Positions 48,814 through 58,939 of a stretch of 64,000 bases of DNA are shown piece by piece. Made by a program: the position numbers and the translations under genes. How positions within the stretch are numbered: position 1 is the stretch's first letter; every line of letters starts with the position of its first letter. Source of the DNA: an uncultured delta proteobacterium (GTDB taxonomy: Bacteria; Myxococcota_A; Polyangia; Haliangiales; Haliangiaceae); assembly GCA_963743525.1 (NCBI GenBank), contig CAVUQH010000003.1:384001-448000 (forward strand). The letters run 5' to 3'. Under the pieces are notes generated by a model that saw only the letters and a program-made list of their open reading frames with translations, was not told the DNA's origin and did no database searches.

Positions 48814-49817
48814 TCCAGCGACGGCTCGAGGACGTCACCGGCGGCCATGGTGCCGAAGGCGCCGCCCGTGTGGATGAACACCACCCGCTGTGCGAACCGC
48901 TCGCGATGCTCGGCGAGCTCCCTGGTCAACCCGAAGAACGCCTTGCCGGTGTAGGTCGGGTCGAGGACCAATCCCTCGCGCCGCGCCACCGCCACCAGCA
49001 GCGCGAGCTCTTCCGGGCGCGACTTGCCGTAGCCGCGTCCGACGTAGCCGTTGACGATGTCGATGTCGGCGGCGCTGGCGCCGGCGCCGCGGCCGTACCG
49101 CTCGGTGAAGTCGGCGCAGATCGAATCGATGATGCGCGTGAAGTAGGCGGCGTCGTCGCAGACGTTGACGCAGGCGAGGCGGGCGTCGAGGCCGACGATG
49201 CGCGCGCCCAGCACCAGCCCGGCGCTGGTGCCGCCGGAGCCGCAGGCGTGGATCACCGTGGTCGGCATCGGCGGCAGCGCTGCCAGGTCGGCGGCCAGCT
49301 CGGCGGCGCAGCGGACGTAGCCCCAGGCTCCGACCGCGTTCGACCCGCCCTCGGGGATGACGTACGGTGTGCGCCCGCGGTCGCGCAGGCGGTCGGCCTC
49401 GCGCGCCATCAGCTCGCCGCGGCGGCGGTATTCCTCGTAGCTGATCCAGACGATGTCGGCGCCGACCAGGCGATCGAGGAGGATGTTGCCGCCCAGCGGC
49501 GGCGGCTGCGCCGGATCGCGAGTGCGCAGAAGCAGCGTGCAGCCGAGCCCGGCGCGGGCGGCGGCAAAGGCGGTGGCGCGGGCGTGGTTGGACTGCTCAC
49601 CGCCGCAGGTGATCAGGTGATCGGCACCGGCGGCGCGGGCGTCCTCGAGCAAGAACTCGAGCTTGCGCACCTTGTTGCCGGTCAGCTCGAGACCGGTCAG
49701 ATCGTCGCGCTTGATCCACAGCTCGACTCCCAGCTCGGCGCCGGTGCGCGGCAGCGGCTCGAGCGGGGTCGGCGCTCGCGCCAGGTCGACCCGCGGCGGG
49801 TAGTCGATGGCGGCCAT
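48810..49817 (-). CDS. D-cysteine desulfhydrase / ACC deaminase family
   Basis: KRDD...[37 protein letters not shown] and IHTGG motifs. Confidence 0.92.
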   Translation of the reverse strand: MAAIDYPPRVDLARAPTPLEPLPRTGAELGVELWIKRDDLTGLELTGNKVRKLEFLLEDARAAGADHLITCGGEQSNHARATAFAAARAGLGCTLLLRTRDPAQPPPLGGNILLDRLVGADIVWISYEEYRRRGELMAREADRLRDRGRTPYVIPEGGSNAVGAWGYVRCAAELAADLAALPPMPTTVIHACGSGGTSAGLVLGARIVGLDARLACVNVCDDAAYFTRIIDSICADFTERYGRGAGASAADIDIVNGYVGRGYGKSRPEELALLVAVARREGLVLDPTYTGKAFFGLTRELAEHRERFAQRVVFIHTGGAFGTMAAGDVLEPSLE

Positions 49818-49833
49818 GGCCGCATGATACCGC

Positions 49834-51222
49834 TCACTCGGCCAGCCAGGTGGCGAATCCGCGGTAGGCGGCCCACACGTCGGCTTTTGCCGACAGCTCC
49901 ATCGGCGAGTGCATGCTGACCACGGCGATTCCGACATCGACGGTGTCGATGCCGCGATCGGCCATGTACTTGGCGATGGTGCCGCCACCGCCCTCGTCGA
50001 CGCGGCCCAGCTCACCGTACTGCAGGGCGGCCCCGGCGCGATCGAAAGCGGCGCGGACCGAGGCGATCAGCCCGGCGCGAGCGGCGCTGCCGCCCTGCTT
50101 GCCGCCGTAGCCGGTAAACGGGAACAGCGCCGGCCCGTTGCCGATGATCGGCGCGTTCTTGGCCTCGTGAACCTCGGGCCAGTCGGGGTTGATCGCCGCC
50201 GGGGTGTCGGCCGACAGCGCCTGCGACGCGGCCATCGCCCGATGCATCGCCGCCTCGGTGACCCGCACGTCCTGAGCGCGCAGCAACCACGCGACCACCA
50301 GCTCGAGGAAGCGCGAGCGCGCGCCGGTGGTGCCGGTCGAGCCGACCTCCTCGCGGTCGACCAGCCAGACCGCGGCGGTGTGGGCGGGCGCGTGATCGGC
50401 GGGCAGGTCGACCACCGCGCGCCAGGCGGCGAACGAGTTGACCCGATCGTCCTGGCCGTGGCCGCCGACCAGCGCGCGGTCGACGCCGACGTCGCGGGCG
50501 CCGGCGCGCGGCACTGCGTACAGCTCGGCGGTCTCCAGGTCGGCGGCGGTGACGCCGTAGCGCTGATGGAGCAGGTCGACGAAGGTGCGCGGCGCCGGCG
50601 CGTCGTCCTTGCCGCCGGGCAGCGCGGTCGGCGTCGAGCTGGTAATCAGCACCAGCTCGTTGCCCTTCTCCTCGATGCGGAAGCCGAAGTCGTCGGTCAG
50701 GCCGAGGGCGACGTTGACCGCCGCGCCGCCGGCGCGGACGATGCGGCCGACCACCGCCACCGGGGTGCCCGGCCAGTGATGGTGGCGCATGCCGCCGTAG
50801 CGCAGCAGCGGAATCTCGGTCTGGTTGTCGCGGGTGAGCGCCGAGGTGTCGAGGCGCGGCGACGGCGTGTCGATGTGCGAGCCGATCAGGCGCAGGCCGT
50901 CGGTGGCGATCGGATCGCGACCGACGACGACGAACACGGCGCTGCGGTCGCGGTTGACGAACAGCAGCCGCTGGCCCGGCTGCAGTCGCTGTTGGGTCGT
51001 CGCGTAGACGTTGACCACGGTGAAGCCGGGGCTGTGGGCGCGGGCGTAGTCGAGCACCAGCGCCGGCGTGCGCCCGGCGTCGAGCCAGTCGCGCAGGGCC
51101 GCACCGGTATCCATCGCATTGCCCAGCGGCGCTACTGGCGACGGCATCGCCGGGGCGCCGGGGCAGCCGAGCGCGAGCAGCGCTGCGCACGCAGCAAGCC
51201 CGACCTGCACGCCTCGCCTCAC
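49834..51222 (-). CDS. M18 aminopeptidase-like lipoprotein, metal ligands intact
   Basis: [35 protein letters not shown] and SMHSP motifs; lipobox LALGC; GTG start overlaps the upstream stop. Confidence 0.85.
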   Translation of the reverse strand: MRRGVQVGLAACAALLALGCPGAPAMPSPVAPLGNAMDTGAALRDWLDAGRTPALVLDYARAHSPGFTVVNVYATTQQRLQPGQRLLFVNRDRSAVFVVVGRDPIATDGLRLIGSHIDTPSPRLDTSALTRDNQTEIPLLRYGGMRHHHWPGTPVAVVGRIVRAGGAAVNVALGLTDDFGFRIEEKGNELVLITSSTPTALPGGKDDAPAPRTFVDLLHQRYGVTAADLETAELYAVPRAGARDVGVDRALVGGHGQDDRVNSFAAWRAVVDLPADHAPAHTAAVWLVDREEVGSTGTTGARSRFLELVVAWLLRAQDVRVTEAAMHRAMAASQALSADTPAAINPDWPEVHEAKNAPIIGNGPALFPFTGYGGKQGGSAARAGLIASVRAAFDRAGAALQYGELGRVDEGGGGTIAKYMADRGIDTVDVGIAVVSMHSPMELSAKADVWAAYRGFATWLAE

Positions 51223-52625
51223 TGGAACCAGCCCTCGAACGCGAGCCGCGCCTGATACAGATCGAACACCGACAGCCGCTCGAGCGGCCGGCCGCGATCG
51301 CCGATCGGCAGACCGACGGCGACGGTGTCGACGTCGAGGGTGCCCAGGTCGCGCGCCGGCTCGGACGACGCCGCTTCGCCGGCCACCTGGTGCTGGGCGC
51401 CGGTGGAGGCCATCGCGTCGAGCAGGCGCCGGGTCGCCGCCGGCATGGCGTCGTCGTTGCGCGGCGACACCACCAGGCCCCGGGACGGCGTGCCGGCCAG
51501 CTGCTCGGCGACCAGCGCCTGCGAGCGGGACAGCGCCCGCTGGGTCACCAGCATGTCGGCGTCTTTGGCGCCGGCGGCGATCACCGCGTCCAGCGCCCGG
51601 CGAACGAACGCGGTGCCGCTGGTTCCGGTGTAGCCGGTCAGCCGTTTGCTGATGACGATGACCACCGACGTGTAGCGAACGCTGGGCAGCGCGGCCAGCG
51701 CGCGCACGGCGGCGTAGGCCAGCGCCCGGTGCTGGTGGCCATAGCCGGCCAGCTCGGCCCGGTCGACGCCGAGGAAGACCGGCGGCCCGGCCGGCACCAG
51801 CTCGGCCTCGGCCGAGGCGAAGTCTCGGGGCGACAGGCCGCGGGCGCGCAGGTAATCGACCAGCGCCTTCTGGGTGCGGGCGGCGACTGCGTCCATCCGC
51901 TCGGGGCTGTCGACGATTGCTCGCCGCTGCGCGTGGCGCGACAGGTGCGGCAACAGATCCGGCACCACCAGCACCGGGTCGTCGGCATCCTCGCCGACGG
52001 TCAGCTCGAGCGGGCCGTCGGCGGCGCCGGGGCGCGCGGCGTAGATGTGCAGGGCCAGCGGCGTGACCAGCCACGACTTCAGATCGACGTCGCCGTAGAT
52101 CTCGGTGTCGAGCATGGCCAGCTGGTCCTTCTCGTACAGCGGCTGCTGCTTGAGATCGATGCGCGGGGCGTCGATGGCGGCGATGACGACGTGCATCCCC
52201 TCCTCGATCGGCCGCTGGCCGGTGACGACGAAGGCCAGCGCCCGTCCGCCCGGGCCGGCCAACAGATAGCGCCCGCCGGGTGTGTGGGCCGAGCCATCGT
52301 CGGGCAGCGGCGCGGCGCCGTGGGCCAGGTCGGTCAGCGCGGTCACCACCTGGCGCTCGGTCTTGGCCTTGCCGAGGAAATCGGCGTAGTCGGCGGCGAA
52401 GGCGTCGATGCTGGCGCGAGTGGCGGCGTCGGCGGTCTTCCACCCGCGCTCGACCGCGGGGAAGGCCGGGTCGTCGGCCGGCGCGCCGCTCGCGCCCGCC
52501 GCCGGTGCGGTCGGTGGCGGGGGCGTCGTCGCCGGGGTGGCGGCCGCGTGACCGCAGCCGGCGACGCTGCCGAGCAGCCCTGCCAGCGCGGCGACCGCCC
52601 AGCCGAACCCGGGATTCACCCGCAT
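51219..52625 (-). CDS. M18 aminopeptidase paralog lipoprotein lacking catalytic residues
   Basis: FLGKAKTERQ, AIDAPRIDLKQ.PLYE, YG....W...PLA, PDLLPHL and ELVPA scaffold kept; metal-ligand positions substituted. Confidence 0.75.
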   Translation of the reverse strand: MRVNPGFGWAVAALAGLLGSVAGCGHAAATPATTPPPPTAPAAGASGAPADDPAFPAVERGWKTADAATRASIDAFAADYADFLGKAKTERQVVTALTDLAHGAAPLPDDGSAHTPGGRYLLAGPGGRALAFVVTGQRPIEEGMHVVIAAIDAPRIDLKQQPLYEKDQLAMLDTEIYGDVDLKSWLVTPLALHIYAARPGAADGPLELTVGEDADDPVLVVPDLLPHLSRHAQRRAIVDSPERMDAVAARTQKALVDYLRARGLSPRDFASAEAELVPAGPPVFLGVDRAELAGYGHQHRALAYAAVRALAALPSVRYTSVVIVISKRLTGYTGTSGTAFVRRALDAVIAAGAKDADMLVTQRALSRSQALVAEQLAGTPSRGLVVSPRNDDAMPAATRRLLDAMASTGAQHQVAGEAASSEPARDLGTLDVDTVAVGLPIGDRGRPLERLSVFDLYQARLAFEGWFQ

Positions 52626-52638
52626 GGGCGGGACGCTA

Positions 52639-53277
52639 TCACACGGTGACGAACGGGTTCTTCAGCGACTCGTCGCCAATGGTGGTGAAGTCGCCGTGGC
52701 CGGGAATGACGGCGGTGTCGGGATCCATGGTGTAGAGGCGCTCGCGGATCGATCGGACGATGGCCCGCGAGTCGCCGCCGGGCAGGTCGGTGCGGCCGAT
52801 GCCGCGGCGAAACAGCGTATCGCCGGCGAACAGCAGCCGGTCGCTGCCGTCGGTGACCTCGAAGCAGACCGAGCCCGGGGTGTGCCCGGGGGTGTGGATG
52901 ACCAGGGCGCTGCGCTTGCCGAAGGCGATGGCGTCGCCGTCGGCGACGAACCGGTTGACCGGCACGGTGTCGCGCACGCGGATGCCGAACATCGCCCCCT
53001 GCATCTGGATGCCGTCGTAGAGCGGCAGGTCGCCGCGGTGCAGGCAGATCGATCCGCCGTGGGTCTCCTTGACGTCGCGGGTGGCGAAGATGTGATCGAG
53101 GTGGGCGTGGGTGTGGATGATGGCGGCGACGGTGAGGTCGTAGTGCTCGAGGACCTCGGCGATGCGATCGGTGGCACCGCCGGGGTCGACGACGACCGCT
53201 TCCTTGCTGTCGGCGCAGGCCAGGATGGTGCAGTTGCACGCCAGCGGGCCGGCCGGAAAGGTCTCTCGGAGCATCAT
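52639..53277 (-). CDS. MBL-fold hydrolase (glyoxalase II/YcbL-like)
   Basis: THAHLDH, TPGHTPGS, GDTLF..GIGRTD.PGG and PGHG..TTIG.E...NPF motifs. Confidence 0.92.
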   Translation of the reverse strand: MMLRETFPAGPLACNCTILACADSKEAVVVDPGGATDRIAEVLEHYDLTVAAIIHTHAHLDHIFATRDVKETHGGSICLHRGDLPLYDGIQMQGAMFGIRVRDTVPVNRFVADGDAIAFGKRSALVIHTPGHTPGSVCFEVTDGSDRLLFAGDTLFRRGIGRTDLPGGDSRAIVRSIRERLYTMDPDTAVIPGHGDFTTIGDESLKNPFVTV

Positions 53278-53399
53278 GTGGCCCACCATACACCGGGGAG
53301 CGTATTCGGCAACTGCCTAAAATGTATTAGGATTGTCGGAATCGTGAGGTGAGTCTCAATCGGGAGCGCGGACAACTTGACTCCGGCTGGGGCGGTGCC

Positions 53400-53513
53400 A
53401 TGCTCCGGCCCGTGTCGTACCGTCCGTCCCAAAACGAGCCCATCGGAGCCGGCGCCATCGTGGCTGCGCTGGCCGCCTTCACGATGGCGCTCGCTGCCTA
53501 CTTCCTGAACTGA
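53400..53513 (+). CDS. Putative 37-aa single-pass membrane microprotein
   Basis: Manual translation MLRPVSYRPSQNEPIGAGAIVAALAAFTMALAAYFLN*; mostly G/C third positions; below the ORF-track cutoff. Confidence 0.45.
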   Translation: MLRPVSYRPSQNEPIGAGAIVAALAAFTMALAAYFLN

Positions 53514-53628
53514 CCGGGCGCGCTCCGGCGTCGCCCCGCGACGATCCCGGCCGCGTCCGAACGGCCGAATCTGCGTGCTGAAGCTGGCTCGACTTGAGCT
53601 AGACTGCGGCCCGCCGAAGGGGGAACGT

Positions 53629-55335
53629 ATGCGCCTGGGTTCATTGAAGGGAATCGCTGGAGTCTCGCTGCTTTGCGCGCTGGTCGCGTGTGGAGGCGGC
53701 GATGACGCCGCGGCTCCGGATGCCGGCCTCGGCGGGCCACGGGATCCGTTCCCCGACCAGGTTTGTCCCGGCTCCGACGGCTGCACCGGTCAGGGCGACG
53801 GCGTCTTCAAGGTCGGCGCTGCGCAGATCGAGATCACCCCCAACCTGGCCGACCACGAGACCGAGTACACCGACGACAACGGCAACGGCGAGTGGGACTC
53901 GGGCGAGGCGTTCGTTGACAAGAACGGCAACAACGTCTTCGACGCCGTCTGGCTGGCCGGTTTCGGCAACGGGCGCCCGGCGACCAGCGTCCACGCGCCG
54001 ATCTGGGTGCGGTCGATCGTCTTCGAGTGGAACGACATTCGGCTGGCCATCGTCACCGTCGACTGCGTCGGCTGGATGGCCAACGCGGTCGACGCGACCC
54101 GCGACATGCTGCCGGCGTCGCTGGGCATCGACCACCTGGTGATGCAGGCGACCCACGTCCACGAGGCGCCCGACACCCTGGGTCTGTGGGGACGCAAGGA
54201 GCTCGAGTCGGGCCTCGACCCGGACTACATGCAGTCGATCCGCGAGAAGTCAGTGCAGGCGGTCAGCGACGCGGTCGACGCCCTCGAGCCGGTGACCATG
54301 TCGTACGCGGTGACCCAGACCCTGGACCCGGGCGGCTCGGCGCGGCCGTACGTCGGCGACGGCCGCGACCCCAACATCCTCGACCCGACCCTGACGGTGG
54401 TGCAGTTCAAGTCGGTGGCCGAGCCCGATCGGTCGGTGGCGACGCTCATCCACTGGTCGGCACACCCGGAATATTCGGGCAGCCACAACGACGCCATCAC
54501 CCCCGATTACATCTACATGCTGCGCGACGGGGTCGAGAGCGGCCTGCCGGCCGAGCCCGACCGCAGCCTGCCGGCCGTGGACGGCGTCGGCGGCGAGGTG
54601 CTGTTCCTCCAGGGCACCCTGGGCGGGCAGATCGGCCCGCACGGCACCCGGCCGATCGCCGCCGACGGCACCGAGATCACCGACGAGGGGCTCGAGCGCG
54701 CCGACGCCGTGGGCCGCAACGTCGCCCGGCTGGCCCTCGACGCCATCACCAGCACCGACAAGGTGGTCGACGTCGCCAGCCCGTCGCTGGAGTTCCGCAC
54801 CGGCGCCATCGACCTGGCGGTCGAGAACACCTTCTATCACGTGGCCAGCGTGGTCGGCGTCTTCGACCGGCAGTTCCACGGCAACGATCCGAAGAAGCCG
54901 CTGGGCCCCGACAACGTCCCGTACATCGACTCGCGGGTGACCTACTTCCGCGTCGGCACCCTGGGCGTGATCACCGCCCCCGGCGAGCTCCACCCGGAGC
55001 TGTTCATCGGCGGCTACGACGGCACCTTCAGCTACGACGCGCCGATCATCGATCCCAACAATCCCAACCCGCCGATGCTGGCCAACGCGCCGCAGCCGCC
55101 GTACTTGCGCCAGCTGATGACCGACCTGCCCGGCGTTGACCACGCCATCTGCATGGGCCTGGCCGAGGACATGATCGGCTACATCGTGCCCGGCTACAAC
55201 TACCAGCTGGACGACAACACGCCGTACATCGAAGAGGCGCCGGGCGACCACTACGAAGAGACCAACTCCGTCGGTCCCCTCGTCGAGGAACAAGCCGTCG
55301 GCTCCATGCGCGACCTCATCGAGTGGCAACCCTGA
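53629..55335 (+). CDS. Neutral/alkaline ceramidase-like lipoprotein
   Basis: Lipobox LVAC; GAA..EITP; WLAGFG.GR; ATHVHEAPD; HPE; PGEL.PE; HYEETNS.G. Confidence 0.7.
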   Translation: MRLGSLKGIAGVSLLCALVACGGGDDAAAPDAGLGGPRDPFPDQVCPGSDGCTGQGDGVFKVGAAQIEITPNLADHETEYTDDNGNGEWDSGEAFVDKNGNNVFDAVWLAGFGNGRPATSVHAPIWVRSIVFEWNDIRLAIVTVDCVGWMANAVDATRDMLPASLGIDHLVMQATHVHEAPDTLGLWGRKELESGLDPDYMQSIREKSVQAVSDAVDALEPVTMSYAVTQTLDPGGSARPYVGDGRDPNILDPTLTVVQFKSVAEPDRSVATLIHWSAHPEYSGSHNDAITPDYIYMLRDGVESGLPAEPDRSLPAVDGVGGEVLFLQGTLGGQIGPHGTRPIAADGTEITDEGLERADAVGRNVARLALDAITSTDKVVDVASPSLEFRTGAIDLAVENTFYHVASVVGVFDRQFHGNDPKKPLGPDNVPYIDSRVTYFRVGTLGVITAPGELHPELFIGGYDGTFSYDAPIIDPNNPNPPMLANAPQPPYLRQLMTDLPGVDHAICMGLAEDMIGYIVPGYNYQLDDNTPYIEEAPGDHYEETNSVGPLVEEQAVGSMRDLIEWQP

Positions 55336-55352
55336 TCGGGTCGGCTGCGAGC

Positions 55353-56558
55353 CTATTCGAGGCGCTCGCGGGCGGCGTCGGCGAGCGGGTCGGCGGGGTA
55401 GCCGTCGATCAGGCGGCGGAGGGTTTTGGCGGCCAGGTCGGAGCGGCCGGCGGCTTCCTGGACGTCGGCGACCAGCCACAGGGCGCCGGGGATGAGCTCG
55501 CTCTGCGGGTGGTCGGCGAGGAGCCGGTTGACGTGGGTCAGGACCTGGCGGTGGTCGCCGGCGGCGCGGGCGGCGCGGGCGGCGGCGACGAGGTCGCGGT
55601 CGGTGGTGGGCGTGGGCGCTGCGGGTGCGGCCACGGGTGCGGGTGACGCGACCACGCGGGCCTCGGGCGGTGGCGCCGGTTGCCGCTGCAGCTGGTGGCC
55701 CATGTACGGCTCGCACAGGGCGCCGAGCAGGCGGCCGCGCAGCGCCATCGGCACGTAGAGCAGGGCGTAGCCGAGGATCACCGGCAGCACCGGCACCGGC
55801 GACTGGATGATGGCCAGCGCGACGAAGAAGCCGGTGACTTGCTCCCCGAGGAGCAACGCGTAGAACAGCACCACCGCCAGCGCGTAGTCGGCGCCGAAGC
55901 GGCGCAGCGTTCGCACCCACACCCGCGGGTCGTACATGGCCAGCAGCGACCGGCTGAGCGCGGCGATGGCCAGGAGCAGGGGCAGGAACAGCAGTCCGAC
56001 GCCGAGCAGGATCAGCGGCCCGTGTAGATCGGCCAACGAGCGGACCGCGCCGCCGCGCATCAGCGACACGCCGGCCCAGACGAAGGCGCCGACGATCGGC
56101 GCGACCGCCGCCAGGTAGCGGGCCAGCGGCCCGATGATGTCGGTGGCGTCGGGCGGCGTGAGATCCGGATCGCCGTGGGCGCTGGTCTCGATGATGCGGA
56201 AGTAGACGCCGGCCTCCAGCGCCAGCGCGATCCAGCCGCCGATCATCGGCACGTAGCCGAGGAACCAGCGGGCGATGGCCAGGCCGAGCAGCGACACGAG
56301 TATGGTCGGGCGCGCGATGTACGCGCCGACCTCGGGCAGTCGCCGCCACAGCGGGATGACGATGCCGCGGGCGGCGGCGGCCGCCGCCTCGGTCATGCCG
56401 CCCAGGTCGACGACCATGCCGTCGCAGCCCTGGTGGACCCGCACCGGATTGACGCCGGCCGACATCTTCCTGATGCACGCCTCGCAGGCGTCCTGTCCAC
56501 AGCGCGGGCAGTGGTAGCGCGCTTCGGTGTTCGGGTGTCTGGGGCAGGAGAATTGCAC
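55353..56558 (-). CDS. B-box-like Zn finger + multi-TM + C-terminal TPR protein
   Basis: CPRHP...CPRC...CEAC; several hydrophobic helices; TPR-like LL.DHP.S...ALW...YP..P.A..A. Confidence 0.7.
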   Translation of the reverse strand: MQFSCPRHPNTEARYHCPRCGQDACEACIRKMSAGVNPVRVHQGCDGMVVDLGGMTEAAAAAARGIVIPLWRRLPEVGAYIARPTILVSLLGLAIARWFLGYVPMIGGWIALALEAGVYFRIIETSAHGDPDLTPPDATDIIGPLARYLAAVAPIVGAFVWAGVSLMRGGAVRSLADLHGPLILLGVGLLFLPLLLAIAALSRSLLAMYDPRVWVRTLRRFGADYALAVVLFYALLLGEQVTGFFVALAIIQSPVPVLPVILGYALLYVPMALRGRLLGALCEPYMGHQLQRQPAPPPEARVVASPAPVAAPAAPTPTTDRDLVAAARAARAAGDHRQVLTHVNRLLADHPQSELIPGALWLVADVQEAAGRSDLAAKTLRRLIDGYPADPLADAARERLE

Positions 56559-56588
56559 GGCGCGATCGTATCAGTCCGGTTGGCTCGG

Positions 56589-56984
56589 CTAGGCGGTCAG
56601 GTAGCGCGCCCAGTCGCCGTGCTCGATCAGCTCGCCGCGATCGGCGTCGGCCGGGTTGGCCAGGGTGTAGACCCACGCCCACGGCTCGCTGCCGTCGCCG
56701 AGGCGCGCGCGCGCGAGCACGCGCCGGTAGCCGTCGCCTTCGTAGGCGTCGAGCAGGAGGAACGCCGGGGCCAGGTCGCGCAACGTCACCAGCTCGCCGC
56801 GCACGACCAGCTCACCGCCCGGGATCACGGCCGGATAGCCCTCGGGCATGGCGTACATCGAGCCGGCCATCTCCGCCGGCTGGGAGGCGGAGACGTGGTC
56901 GCCGATCAGCGAGCGCGCGGTCTGTCCGCTGCGCAGCGTGCCGTAGACGAAGACCCGGTCCACCACCTCTTGCGCCGCCGTCAC
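56589..56984 (-). CDS. Gamma-glutamylcyclotransferase (AIG2-like)
   Basis: VFVYGTLR.G, YPA, V.GEL, LD.YEG..Y.R and AWVY motifs. Confidence 0.88.
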   Translation of the reverse strand: MTAAQEVVDRVFVYGTLRSGQTARSLIGDHVSASQPAEMAGSMYAMPEGYPAVIPGGELVVRGELVTLRDLAPAFLLLDAYEGDGYRRVLARARLGDGSEPWAWVYTLANPADADRGELIEHGDWARYLTA

Positions 56985-57059
56985 CCAGCCCGCTTCGCGC
57001 TTGCGTCGCCCCCCTGCCACCGCGAACAGTGTAGCGCAGCAACCGTCGGGGACCAGACG

Positions 57060-57830
57060 CTACCGGGCTTTGCCAGCCGCGCCGACGGCCAGCTGTCGCG
57101 TGTGCGGCAGCAGCGACGCGTCGCCGGGGCGACCGTGGCCGGGCACGACGATGGCCGCGTCGCGGTAGCGGTGGATCAGTCGATCCATCGTTTCTGGCCA
57201 GGCGCCGAGGTCGGCGTCGGCGGTGTTGCCGATCCAGTCGGTGGTGGCCGCGCGGATCAGGCAGCCGCCGAACAACAGCCGGTCGCCGGCGACGTAGACG
57301 ACGCTGTTGTCGCGGGTGTGGCCGGCCCCCGGGAAGAACAGCTCGACGTCAACGTCGCCCAGCTCGATCGTCGCCCGGCGGTCGAACGGGTGATCGATGG
57401 CGGCGCCCGCGTCGCCCAGCAGCGTGCGGGTGAGGGCGGTGGCATAGACGGGGATGCCGGCGGCGTGCGCGGTGCCGACGCCGCCGGCGCGGTCGTCGTG
57501 GAAATGGGTCGCGACCATCGCCACCGGCGGGTGTCCGGTGGCCGCGCGGACCCGGTCGATCAGCCACTGCGTCTGCGCCGGCGTCCACGCGGTGTCGACC
57601 ACGACCGCGCCGCGCCGGCCGACGACGATCAGGCCGTTGGCCTCGACCCGGCCGTAGCCGGGCACCTCGGCCGCGCTGACGTGGCGCCAGACGTGCGCGG
57701 TCAGCCGCGACAGCTGGATCTCCGGTCCGCGCGCGCCATCGAAGGCCGCGATGTTCGGCGCCGGCGGCGGCGCGACGCGACCGCCGCAGCCGGTGGCCAG
57801 CACGAGTATCAGTCCCAGTCGACGGATCAC
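57060..57830 (-). CDS. Subclass B1-like metallo-beta-lactamase, lipoprotein
   Basis: ANGLIV, VVDTAW, THFHDDRAGG, PGAGHTRDNSVV, LFGGCLIR, GN..DA and VPGHG motifs; lipobox ATGC. Confidence 0.85.
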   Translation of the reverse strand: MIRRLGLILVLATGCGGRVAPPPAPNIAAFDGARGPEIQLSRLTAHVWRHVSAAEVPGYGRVEANGLIVVGRRGAVVVDTAWTPAQTQWLIDRVRAATGHPPVAMVATHFHDDRAGGVGTAHAAGIPVYATALTRTLLGDAGAAIDHPFDRRATIELGDVDVELFFPGAGHTRDNSVVYVAGDRLLFGGCLIRAATTDWIGNTADADLGAWPETMDRLIHRYRDAAIVVPGHGRPGDASLLPHTRQLAVGAAGKAR

Positions 57831-57848
57831 CGCCGCCCAACGCGCGGC

Positions 57849-57986
57849 CGCGGGCGACTATTCCCCGCCGTCTCCGGCGAGCAGGCGGGCGGCGGCGTCG
57901 ACCAGCGGCATCGCCAGCGCGGGCGACTATTCCCCGCCGTCTCCGGCGAGCAGGCGGGCGGCGGCGTCAACCAGCGGCATCGCCAG
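57849..57986. repeat. 69-bp tandem duplication of the cobT 3' end, including the stop codon
   Basis: Copies at 57849-57917 and 57918-57986 differ only at 57900 G versus 57969 A. Confidence 0.95.
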
Positions 57987-58919
57987 CGCGGCACCGGTGC
58001 CTTCGCCGCGGGCCAGGCCGAGATCGAACAGCGGCGTCAGGCCCAGCTCGTCGAGGGCGGCGCGGTGGGCGGGAGAGCCGCCGGCGTGGGCGGCGACGAG
58101 ATAGCCGGTGACCTCGGGCGCCAGGTTGGCCGCGATCAGGGCCGCCGCCCAGGTGGCCGCGTCGTCGAGGATCACCGGCACGTTGATCGACGCAGCCGAC
58201 AGCATCAGCCCGGTGAGCACGCCGATGTCGGGGCCGCCGAACGCGGCCAGGAGCTCGAGTGGCGCGCGCATCCCCGGAGTGGCGTCCAGCGCCTCCTCGA
58301 TGGCGCCGCGGTCGGCGTCATCGAAGTCGGCGGCGTTGCCGCAGACCGCCGCGATGATCGCGCCGGCCACCGTCGGGCTGCCAATCGACACCTGTCCCAG
58401 GCCGAGCACGTCGACGCCGGCGTCGGCGATCGACAGCGCCAGGGCGATGCCGGTCTGTACCGAGGTCACTGCCTCGATCGGCGTCATCGCCGCGCCCTCG
58501 CGCAGGTCGCCGGTGCCGTCGCAGATGGGAAAGCGCAGCACGCCGGGGCCGAGGTTGCGCTCGCCGCCGCCGCGGATGCCGCAGTCGACCAGCACCAGCT
58601 GCGCGCCGGCGGTGCGCGCGGCGGCGTTGACCGCGGCGCCGCCGCTGGCCAGGTGGCGCAGCGCCACCACGGTGGGCGCGTCGTCGCCCAGATCGACACC
58701 GGGGTCGGCGATGCCGTGATCGGCGGCGACCACGACCAGGGTCTTGCGGTCGACCACCGGCCGCGGGGAGTGGCGCGCCGCCGCCAGTCGCTCGGCCAGG
58801 GCTCCGACCGAGCCCAGCTCGCCGCCGCCGATCCGCTGGCGCACGCCGGCGGCCTGGGCCCGGCTGGCCGGCAGCACCGCCTCGGCGACGGAGTCGATCA
58901 CGGCGCGCGGTGTGGTCAC
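57927..58919 (-). CDS. cobT: Nicotinate-nucleotide--dimethylbenzimidazole phosphoribosyltransferase (divergent)
   Basis: AADHGI...GV, GGAAVN, LVD.G, G....AMT, L..FGG..I and L.L.PLFDLGL..GEGTGA motifs. Confidence 0.8.
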   Translation of the reverse strand: MTTPRAVIDSVAEAVLPASRAQAAGVRQRIGGGELGSVGALAERLAAARHSPRPVVDRKTLVVVAADHGIADPGVDLGDDAPTVVALRHLASGGAAVNAAARTAGAQLVLVDCGIRGGGERNLGPGVLRFPICDGTGDLREGAAMTPIEAVTSVQTGIALALSIADAGVDVLGLGQVSIGSPTVAGAIIAAVCGNAADFDDADRGAIEEALDATPGMRAPLELLAAFGGPDIGVLTGLMLSAASINVPVILDDAATWAAALIAANLAPEVTGYLVAAHAGGSPAHRAALDELGLTPLFDLGLARGEGTGAALAMPLVDAAARLLAGDGGE

Positions 58920-58939
58920 GCAGCCATCCTACTGCCGGA

